Below, piece after piece: positions 1-6,784 of a stretch of DNA of 64,000 nucleotides. Both the position numbers and the translations under genes were made by a program. This DNA is from a virus: positions 1 to 64,000 of IMG/VR virus record IMGVR_UViG_3300036770_007999; one strand, 5' to 3'. Below the pieces are notes generated by a model. That model was given only the letters and a program-made list of their open reading frames with translations, was not told where the DNA came from and did not search any database. The first letter of the stretch is position 1; each line of letters starts with the position of its first letter.

Positions 1-19
1 AGTCTCTCTTGGGGCACCA
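1..19 (+). tRNA. 3' end of a tRNA truncated by the window edge (identity unknown)
   Basis: Ends ...TTGGGGCACCA directly before a tRNA array; the anticodon lies outside the window. Confidence 0.7.
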
Positions 20-26
20 GTTTCAT

Positions 27-119
27 GGAAGAGTTAGCCGAATCGGCATAGCGGCAGCGGTCTTGAAAACCGAAGGCTCAGAAATGGGTGTGTGAGTTCG
101 AGTCTCACCTCTTCCACCA
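27..119 (+). tRNA. tRNA-Ser (anticodon TGA), long variable arm
   Basis: Acceptor GGAAGAG/CTCTTCC, anticodon loop CT-TGA-AA at 62-68, GTTCGAG T-loop, encoded CCA. Confidence 0.95.
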
Positions 120-133
120 CGACGGAGATGCAA

Positions 134-241
134 ATGAAAACCATAGCCGGTTTGTTTTTGTTCACAGCAATTTTAATTGGAACGGGCGAAATGTTAGGTT
201 GTTTGACCCTTACAGATCCCTATTCTACATGGTGTGATTAG
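134..241 (+). CDS. 35-aa hydrophobic peptide MKTIAGLFLFTAILIGTGEMLGCLTLTDPYSTWCD
   Basis: GGAG at 124-127 before ATG 134; the open frame fills the spacer between two tRNAs; not in the supplied ORF track. Confidence 0.5.
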   Translation: MKTIAGLFLFTAILIGTGEMLGCLTLTDPYSTWCD

Positions 242-330
242 GAGAGTGGGCAGGATGGTAATGCAGCTGATTGCTAATCAGTAGATTCACGAAAGTGGGT
301 CACAGGGTTCGACTCCCTGACTCTCCACCA
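241..330 (+). tRNA. tRNA-Ser (anticodon GCT)
   Basis: Acceptor GGAGAGT/ACTCTCC, anticodon arm GCTGA-TTGCTAA-TCAGT, long variable arm, GTTCGAC, CCA. Confidence 0.95.
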
Positions 331-334
331 AGTA

Positions 335-411
335 CGGTCCTTAACTCAGTGGAGCAGAGTGCCTGTCTTCGAAACAGGAAGTCGGCGGTTCAAATCCGTC
401 AGGACCGGCCA
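335..411 (+). tRNA. tRNA-Arg (anticodon TCG)
   Basis: Acceptor CGGTCCT/AGGACCG, arm CCTGT-CTTCGAA-ACAGG, GTTCAAA, CCA. Confidence 0.95.
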
Positions 412-433
412 CAAGTAAATAACCAAGGGAGGC

Positions 434-907
434 ATGATGCCACAGATAGATCCACGAGAAGTAGAACACTATGTGCGGGGGTTGGGTCCTGACACACGCA
501 TCTACCTTGGGGCAGATTCTGAACGTTTCAAGATCGATCGCCAATGGTGGGCTGAATACACCACCGTGGCCGTTATCCATCGCAACGGCAACAACGGTTG
601 CAAAATATTCGGCGAAATGGATCGCCAACGAGATTACGACCAGCGATACAATCGCCCCAGTCTGCGTCTCATGAACGAAGTTTACCGTGTCGGAGAACTG
701 TTCCAACGTCTGGCACCTGTGCTGGCGGACTGGCCTATAGAAGTTCATCTGGACGTCAATCCCAATGAGATGCACGGTTCCAGTTGTGTGGTACAACAGG
801 CTATCGGCTATATCCGAGGTACATGCAATGTCATACCCCGGATCAAGCCTCTGGCCTTTGCAGCTTCTTACGCGGCTGATAGACTCAAAAGCGTAAGAGC
901 AGCCTAG
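434..907 (+). CDS. RNase H-like YkuK (DUF458) family protein
   Basis: Motifs IYLGADS, RLMNEV, EVHLDVN, KP.AFAASYAAD; GGAGG RBS; TAAATA at 416-421. Confidence 0.8.
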   Translation: MMPQIDPREVEHYVRGLGPDTRIYLGADSERFKIDRQWWAEYTTVAVIHRNGNNGCKIFGEMDRQRDYDQRYNRPSLRLMNEVYRVGELFQRLAPVLADWPIEVHLDVNPNEMHGSSCVVQQAIGYIRGTCNVIPRIKPLAFAASYAADRLKSVRAA

Positions 908-911
908 ACCA

Positions 912-985
912 GCGTCCGTAGTTTAGGGGCAAAACGCCACGTTGCCAACGTGGGGTCGAGAGTTCGATTCTCTCCGGACGCTCCA
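912..985 (+). tRNA. tRNA-Gly (anticodon GCC)
   Basis: Acceptor GCGTCCG/CGGACGC, arm CCACG-TTGCCAA-CGTGG, U73, CCA. Confidence 0.95.
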
Positions 986-993
986 GATCAATT

Positions 994-1069
994 CCGTCCA
1001 TAGCGTAGTGGATGACGCAGATGTCTTCTAAACATCTATACGGGGGTTCGATTCCTCCTGGACGGGCCA
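994..1069 (+). tRNA. tRNA-Arg (anticodon TCT)
   Basis: Acceptor CCGTCCA/TGGACGG, arm GATGT-CTTCTAA-ACATC, GTTCGAT, CCA. Confidence 0.95.
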
Positions 1070-1076
1070 GATCCAG

Positions 1077-1105
1077 TTGACAGTAGACGTTGTAAGTGTT
1101 ATACT
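1077..1105 (+). promoter_or_regulatory. sigma70-type promoter for rpoZ
   Basis: TTGACA-17 nt-TATACT. Confidence 0.85.
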
Positions 1106-1131
1106 GATGCGTTACTAAACAGGAGTGTATC

Positions 1132-1371
1132 ATGGCAAGGATATCCAGTGAACTGGCAGCACGTGCAGTAGGCAGCAAATATGATTTGATCCTGATCGCG
1201 GCCCGTAGAGCACGTGAACTGAACCGCGGGTGGCGACCCACTGTGACCTGCGACAATGGCGCTGTGGTCACGGCCTTGCGGGAGATCGAAGCTGGCAACA
1301 TCGGCAGAGACTATCTGCTCAAACCGCCCACCCTTGATCGCCGTGAGCGGCCGCCTGAATCTGATCGTTGA
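1132..1371 (+). CDS. rpoZ: DNA-directed RNA polymerase subunit omega
   Basis: MARIS..., SKYDLILIAARRAREL and VVTALREIEAG match the omega signature; AGGAG RBS. Confidence 0.9.
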   Translation: MARISSELAARAVGSKYDLILIAARRARELNRGWRPTVTCDNGAVVTALREIEAGNIGRDYLLKPPTLDRRERPPESDR

Positions 1372-1738
1372 TCCATGGTCAAGCCTGTGAGAGAAAGCAG
1401 GCTCGCCACCATCCCAACTGTGAGGGAATATTTACCACCCTGGGCTCTGCTGTAGCCGTTATTGGCCGTGCTCCGTGGCTGGAGATGAACATGCCGCAGG
1501 GGAATGTCAAGGTCAGGTTGGTAGCCTGGCAAAGGCTGGTTTGACCAGCATTGGCATCTTAAACACAGCACAGTGGGCTTGACCATGGATCCAGGGCAAT
1601 GCTGATAGTCAGTCGGGCATGATGTATCCGGCCCGGGCCTCTAGCCCCCATGATATATAACTGACATGGATCAACAGCGATGTCAGGGTCTGCAAAGCCC
1701 GCAGGTGCATCGGAAGCATCGGCCTCTCGCTGCCATGG
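1367..1738 (+). ncRNA. Candidate structured non-coding element bounded by inverted repeats
   Basis: Perfect 16-bp inverted repeat 1370-1385/1576-1591, a third arm at 1662-1675, internal hairpins with G-U pairs, no convincing ORF before 1666. Confidence 0.5.
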
Positions 1739-1755
1739 CCTTCGAGGAGACAGAG

Positions 1756-1917
1756 ATGAGCATCAAAGGATTGAAGGAAGCCCTGGCCAAAAAACAGGCA
1801 CAGCAACATCCAGACGGCACTGTGAAAGACAGTATCGGAGCCAAAATCACACCTACTGCACCTGTGCGAGTAGGTGGCAGCAAACCCCAGAAAAAAGCCG
1901 CTGGCAGAGGACGCTAG
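1756..1917 (+). CDS. Small basic hypothetical protein (alternative start at 1666)
   Basis: GAGGAG at 1744-1749 before ATG 1756; Lys-rich; ends KKAAGRGR. Confidence 0.7.
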   Translation: MSIKGLKEALAKKQAQQHPDGTVKDSIGAKITPTAPVRVGGSKPQKKAAGRGR

Positions 1918-1959
1918 AGTCCGGCTCTTTTCTGACTACACAAAAGAAAGGAGCATGAT

Positions 1960-2568
1960 ATGCCAGCCGTATTCTTAGTTTCAGACACCCACTTTGGACA
2001 CGCCGGGGTGTGCAGATTCACCCGCGCAGATGGAACCAAACTGCGTCCCTGGACCGATCCCGACGAAATGGACGAACATCTTGTTAAAGTCTGGAACGAG
2101 CGTGTTAGACCCCAAGATAAGGTTTATCACCTCGGAGACGTGGTGATCAACCGTAAGGCCTTGCGTACCTTGAGCCGACTCAACGGTGACAAGGTGTTGA
2201 TCCGCGGCAACCATGACATTTTTCGCGATGATGAATATCGTGAATACTTTCGTGAACTGCGCGCCTACCATGTGATGAATGGTATGATCCTCAGTCACAT
2301 TCCTGTCCACGAAGCCAGTCTTGGTCGTTTTGGTGTGAACATACACGGACACCTGCACTACCAGCGTGTGAAACGTGCCCGCGGGGTCAATGCCAAAACC
2401 GGAGAAATCTTGTATTCCGATGACATTGACACGCGTTATCACTGTGTGTGCGTGGAGCAAACTCCGGACTTTGCACCAATCCTTTTTGAAGATATCATAA
2501 AGAGGATCAAAGCAGAAGGCGGCACGGTGGGATTCCGCAACGGTAATGGCCCCCAGGGAGCGGATTGA
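1960..2568 (+). CDS. Calcineurin-like metallophosphoesterase
   Basis: DTHFGH, HLGDV, GNHD and HGHLH metal-binding motifs. Confidence 0.92.
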   Translation: MPAVFLVSDTHFGHAGVCRFTRADGTKLRPWTDPDEMDEHLVKVWNERVRPQDKVYHLGDVVINRKALRTLSRLNGDKVLIRGNHDIFRDDEYREYFRELRAYHVMNGMILSHIPVHEASLGRFGVNIHGHLHYQRVKRARGVNAKTGEILYSDDIDTRYHCVCVEQTPDFAPILFEDIIKRIKAEGGTVGFRNGNGPQGAD

Positions 2569-2570
2569 CC

Positions 2571-2735
2571 ATGGCCATGAAACTCTGGGAAGCCACTGTC
2601 CGCCAGCCAGGTCCTGGCACTGCGGAAATTCGGGTGCGTATCGGGGCCGAAACCGCAGAAGAGGCACGCAGGTTGTTGCAACAGTTACACGGTCCAAGAT
2701 CGGTGCCTTATCTGCCCAGACAGGTACCGCAGTAG
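2571..2735 (+). CDS. 54-aa hypothetical protein (MAMKLWEATVRQ...PRQVPQ)
   Basis: Hand-translated; starts 2 nt after the upstream stop and ends immediately before the tmRNA promoter. Confidence 0.65.
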   Translation: MAMKLWEATVRQPGPGTAEIRVRIGAETAEEARRLLQQLHGPRSVPYLPRQVPQ

Positions 2736-2747
2736 TAAATAGTAACA

Positions 2748-3034
2748 TCGCTGTATGAAGCGAAGCAAAATGTGTTCTGGACGCGGGTTCGATTCCCGCC
2801 CGGTCCACCATAAGCATGTTCTTTGAGGTCTTGGTCGTTACCAGCGTGGCGAAAACGGCGACAGAGCATGCTTATGATGGGCCGGATCTGGTTTCGACAG
2901 GGCAAGCAGTAGCAGAGTGGACAGCGGGGTAGGCGATGACCCTAAATCAAGCAAAACCACAAACGCCAACGACGAGCGTTTCGCACTGGCCGCTTGAGCC
3001 TGCTGAGGGTGGAAGCCCGAGAAACAGAACTTCC
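2748..3034 (+). ncRNA. ssrA: Circularly permuted (two-piece) tmRNA, tag ANDERFALAA
   Basis: T-arm and ACCA end (2779-2810) come before the GGGCCGGATCTGGTTTCGAC 5' end (2879); G3:U70 pair; tag ORF 2965-2997; outer boundaries are approximate. Confidence 0.93.
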
Positions 3035-3062
3035 AAAGCCCGCTCTGGCGGGCTTTTTTTTT
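3035..3062 (+). terminator. Intrinsic terminator of the tmRNA
   Basis: AAAGCCCGC-TCTG-GCGGGCTTT followed by a T run. Confidence 0.9.
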
Positions 3063-3132
3063 GACTACAAAATCTCAAGATAAATACTTCTACAGCAACG
3101 CCACATCCTGTGACGTCGGACCAAATCGACGC

Positions 3133-3161
3133 TTGACATTGAAATGTCTTTACTGTAGCAT
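3133..3161 (+). promoter_or_regulatory. Possible sigma70 promoter for the tct genes
   Basis: TTGACA-17 nt-TAGCAT; a TAAATA also lies at 3081-3086. Confidence 0.5.
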
Positions 3162-3226
3162 CACTACATAACGCCGACCGTACGCTAACCAAGCCCAGCT
3201 GACTTAGATTTCACAAGGACCAAATT

Positions 3227-4567
3227 TTGGATCTACCTCTCCTGTTGGCCATGCTGAGTGGCTGTGGCATCGGCATAGTGATCGGCCTGTTTCCGGGCTT
3301 TTCGGTATTGGCCGCGATGCTGATCCTGTTTCCGTTCCTGTCTTCGCTGGATGCCATGTCAATACTGGTATTCTATGCGGCACTGATGACTTCGGCCCAG
3401 TACTGCGGCAGTATCACGGCCACATATTTCGGTGTGCCTGGCGAGAACACCAGCCTGGTGGCCAGCAAAATTGGTTATCGCATGCATACCAGAGGTTGCA
3501 CCAACTTGGCTATTGGCAGCGCGTCAGTGAGCAGTTTCTTGGCCTCGGCGGTGGGTCTGGCACTGATGTGGTTGATCTCACAGCAACAACAACTGTTCAG
3601 CGGATTCTATTCGGTCAAGATCCAGTTGGCCGCCATGCTGTTTGTGGCAGTGTTCCTGCTGATCTACAGCGGCAACAGGATTGCGCACAACACCTGGATG
3701 ATACTAGTAGGTGCCCTGCTGGGTGCCATTGGCTCACATCCTATACAGGCCTATTCTCTGACCTTGCAATGGGATCTGTTGGGACCGGGCCTGTCCATAC
3801 CACTGGTGCTGACCTTGTGTTTCGTGATCCCAAATCTTCTGAGATACCAAAACCGCGGCGGTGCCATCACCAACCCGGCGACCCGATCCATAGACCGATA
3901 CTGGACAGCGCTAATCCTGTGCTGGCGCAATCGCTGGTCGGCCTTGCGTGGCAGCGTGATAGGCAGCGTGATCGGACTCATGCCCGGCGTGGCCATCCTG
4001 GCCAGCAGCACCTCCGCCTATGGGGCCGAACGGCGCATAACCACGCGCAACACAGCGCATCTCATGGCCGCGGAAGCTGCCAACAACAGCGCAGTGGTCA
4101 TGTGTCTCATGCCCTTGATCCTGTTTGGTGTGCCTGTGATCGCCAGCGAATCCATGGTACTGAGTCTGTTGTTGCAACAAGGTGTGCAAATCAACTTGCT
4201 ATGGATGCTGCAATCATACACTGCCGACCTATCTCACCTGGACATCTTGATGCTGACATTGATTCCAATCAATGTGCTGATGTTGATCATGGCATGGCCA
4301 TTGTCGCGCGTGTTGATATCGGTGTACAGCCGCATCCCGATGTGGTGTATGACCAGCGTGATATATGTGGTGTTAGCGGCCGTGATCGTGGCAGATTCTC
4401 TTGCCAGATTGAGTTGGCAAACCGATATTGCCAGTTTGATTGTGCTAGTTCCATTATGCTGGATCATGATCCGTCACAGGCACGATGGGTTACCGTTGGT
4501 GTTCAGTTTTTTGTTGGCTGAACACGTGATCGGTTTGTTAGTAGTAATGAGTGATTTATACTTTTAA
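3227..4567 (+). CDS. tctA: Tripartite tricarboxylate transporter TctA-family permease
   Basis: Polytopic and hydrophobic; GLFPG, YCGSITA...GVPGE, GSVIGLMPG and AAEAANNS..PLILFGVP motifs. Confidence 0.88.
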   Translation: MDLPLLLAMLSGCGIGIVIGLFPGFSVLAAMLILFPFLSSLDAMSILVFYAALMTSAQYCGSITATYFGVPGENTSLVASKIGYRMHTRGCTNLAIGSASVSSFLASAVGLALMWLISQQQQLFSGFYSVKIQLAAMLFVAVFLLIYSGNRIAHNTWMILVGALLGAIGSHPIQAYSLTLQWDLLGPGLSIPLVLTLCFVIPNLLRYQNRGGAITNPATRSIDRYWTALILCWRNRWSALRGSVIGSVIGLMPGVAILASSTSAYGAERRITTRNTAHLMAAEAANNSAVVMCLMPLILFGVPVIASESMVLSLLLQQGVQINLLWMLQSYTADLSHLDILMLTLIPINVLMLIMAWPLSRVLISVYSRIPMWCMTSVIYVVLAAVIVADSLARLSWQTDIASLIVLVPLCWIMIRHRHDGLPLVFSFLLAEHVIGLLVVMSDLYF

Positions 4568-4580
4568 AAAGGAAAAAGCA

Positions 4581-5471
4581 ATGAAAAAAATATACAATGT
4601 TGTGGCCGGTCTGCTGTTGCAGATTCCACTGTTGGCCTGGGCACAAGGAGTGACCTACTTCAGCATGACCAATCCAGACACACCTCATCTGTCAATCACG
4701 GCAGGCTGGATCAAGGACATAGAACAAAACATGCCCATAGACTGGAAAAAAGGCCTGGGCTGTGGTGGCAAAAGGAACGTGGTCAATCATGATGGACCCA
4801 TGTTGGTAGAGATACCTTCGGGCCGTATGTGGTCCAGCCTGCATGACGGCAATGAAGACTGCCTGTTTGACTGGCGACCCAAGACCATCGTGAGCCTGTT
4901 TTCCTATCCGTTTGACATGTGTGTCAAGGCCGACAGTGCTATCCAGACCTTCCAAGACTTTGCTGCCGCCACATCGGTCAAGATTGGCTATCCCACTGCC
5001 ACCACCAATGCCTACTGGGTCAATGCCTACAACGCCCATAACCGTACCCAGCATCGTGGTGTGATGTTCCGGAGCAGCGGTCTTGCCCTGCTGGGTCTGT
5101 TGTCCGGTGACATCGATGTGGCCATCATGGCCAATCTCGTGAGCCAGAACCAAAAAAACGCGCAAAACATCAGGTGCTTTGCCACCACAGCACCCAACAC
5201 AGCCACCAGCCTGTCCAAGTTGACCCCTTACATCCCGCAGCAGATCAACGAATTCCAGCAGACTTTCGCGCTGTTCGCCAGCAATATCACTGAGAGTAAT
5301 CTGGCGAGCATCCAAGACTCGGTGCACCGGTCCGTAGTGGCACTCAAAGACAAACTGCCTGCATCAGTGACTTTCGCAGTGGTAGGCAAAAACATCTCAC
5401 CTGATGAGGCCAAGGCTTTTTATCAGACCAATGTGGAAGACCTTGCCGTGGCCACGAGAAAACTGCAATAG
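4581..5471 (+). CDS. TctC/Bug-like periplasmic substrate-binding protein
   Basis: Signal peptide ending AWA-Q; ALLGLLSGDIDVA motif; adjacent to tctA. Confidence 0.7.
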   Translation: MKKIYNVVAGLLLQIPLLAWAQGVTYFSMTNPDTPHLSITAGWIKDIEQNMPIDWKKGLGCGGKRNVVNHDGPMLVEIPSGRMWSSLHDGNEDCLFDWRPKTIVSLFSYPFDMCVKADSAIQTFQDFAAATSVKIGYPTATTNAYWVNAYNAHNRTQHRGVMFRSSGLALLGLLSGDIDVAIMANLVSQNQKNAQNIRCFATTAPNTATSLSKLTPYIPQQINEFQQTFALFASNITESNLASIQDSVHRSVVALKDKLPASVTFAVVGKNISPDEAKAFYQTNVEDLAVATRKLQ

Positions 5472-6635
5472 ATGAGCATGGATCATGCCATGATCACCAG
5501 CGAGATCGATCTCGCTGGTTTTTACGTGGTGGCTGGCAAGAAATACTACAACAAACTGGAGGCCTATCGTGCTGCCTTGCCCCAGGGTTGGTGGCCGCAC
5601 TGGAACTTCAACGAAGATTATTTCAGCCAACTGGATTGGACGCAAGAGCCACAGGAATCTCTGTGGGAGTGCTATGCCATGCGTGCTCGGGATCTGCGGA
5701 GCCGATACGACCATGTGCAACTGAACTTCACTGGTGGCAGTGACAGTGACAACATAGCCAGAGTATTTTTCGACCACAATATCGTACTGGATTCACTGGT
5801 GCACTGGGACTATTCTGGCTACACCAACCGGCGTGATTATGCGCAGGACACTGCCAATCTGGCCAACGAGACCACGTTGGCAGTGAAACCTCGCATCCAA
5901 GAATATCAGTCACGCTACGACCTGTCCCGGACCGAGGTCAGGCTCGATGACATGATGGCCAAAAACTACGAGTTCTGGCAGCACCAAAGCCGAGACCCAT
6001 ACACAACCAACTATTACCTGCCCGTGATGCCGGCCAAAGAACGTGCGCATGAACTGACACCCACTGCATTGCGTCATCGCAAAGTGGTCAAGATATCGGG
6101 ACTAGACAAACCGTGTGTGGTGCGGCGTGATGGAAGATTCTACTTCCGGTTCACAGACACAGTGGTTCACAACAACATGCTGTACACCAAGTTAGGCGAC
6201 AACGATCTCGAAAAAGACGAATGCTTCTATTGGCATCCGCATGCGGCCAAACTGTTGGTGAAACAGGGTCATGAGGTCAAGAAGTGGTTCAAGGCACGAC
6301 CGCACCTGCTGTGGATCCTGGACAGCCTGGACCACGATCCTGACGCCAATGAACTTTATCAAGAGATGGTGAAAACCATCGTGTACCCGTACTGGAGCAG
6401 CGATTGTTGGCAGTGGGCCAAACCCAAGACCAATGTTGATCACAAAGGATTTTACTGGTTCTATCAAGATCGCTCCACCTTGGCCTTCCGCAATTGGTAC
6501 GACATGGCCATTGGCTACAGCCAAGAAGTGCAGAGCATCTATGCACGCAGTCCTGTGGTCTCGAACTTCAAAAAAAACGGGCACTTCGCAGAATTGCCAG
6601 GAAACTACAGCAAATTCTATGATCTCGGTACCTGA
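5472..6635 (+). CDS. PP-loop (adenine nucleotide alpha hydrolase-like) protein
   Basis: LNFTGGSDS resembles the SGGxDS PP-loop; function unknown. Confidence 0.55.
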   Translation: MSMDHAMITSEIDLAGFYVVAGKKYYNKLEAYRAALPQGWWPHWNFNEDYFSQLDWTQEPQESLWECYAMRARDLRSRYDHVQLNFTGGSDSDNIARVFFDHNIVLDSLVHWDYSGYTNRRDYAQDTANLANETTLAVKPRIQEYQSRYDLSRTEVRLDDMMAKNYEFWQHQSRDPYTTNYYLPVMPAKERAHELTPTALRHRKVVKISGLDKPCVVRRDGRFYFRFTDTVVHNNMLYTKLGDNDLEKDECFYWHPHAAKLLVKQGHEVKKWFKARPHLLWILDSLDHDPDANELYQEMVKTIVYPYWSSDCWQWAKPKTNVDHKGFYWFYQDRSTLAFRNWYDMAIGYSQEVQSIYARSPVVSNFKKNGHFAELPGNYSKFYDLGT

Positions 6636-6642
6636 GACTGCT

Positions 6643-6749
6643 ACAAGCCAGGTTGACCGATAAATGCTAAACTGTTACAGTAGACGCATATAACAACATT
6701 CCAGCGTACAACAAGCCAGGTTGACCAGTAAATCATTATTTCATACAAT
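6643..6749 (+). promoter_or_regulatory. Tandem duplicated early promoters
   Basis: 16-bp direct repeat ACAAGCCAGGTTGACC (6643-6658, 6711-6726); each TTGACC is followed after 17 nt by TACAGT or TACAAT. Confidence 0.8.
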
Positions 6750-6784
6750 AATTACTCATTGATATATTTTAAAGGAATAGCCCT

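Noticed and set aside
271-1301. ORFs 271..492, 341..796 and 885..1301
   Set aside because: They run through tRNA genes; peptides such as GPDGFEPPT and RPGGIEPP are typical tRNA antisense translations
1370-1592. RNase P, SRP, Y RNA or c-di-GMP riboswitch identity for the structured element
   Set aside because: Lacks GAGGAAAGUCC/P4, the SRP helix-8 motif, the bulged-C Ro site and the GEMM consensus; left unassigned
1981-2817. 278-aa antisense ORF
   Set aside because: Overlaps the phosphoesterase and the tmRNA acceptor piece; no motifs
3496-4521. 341-aa alternative-frame ORF inside tctA
   Set aside because: No RBS or motifs; expected shadow of a hydrophobic, GC3-biased gene
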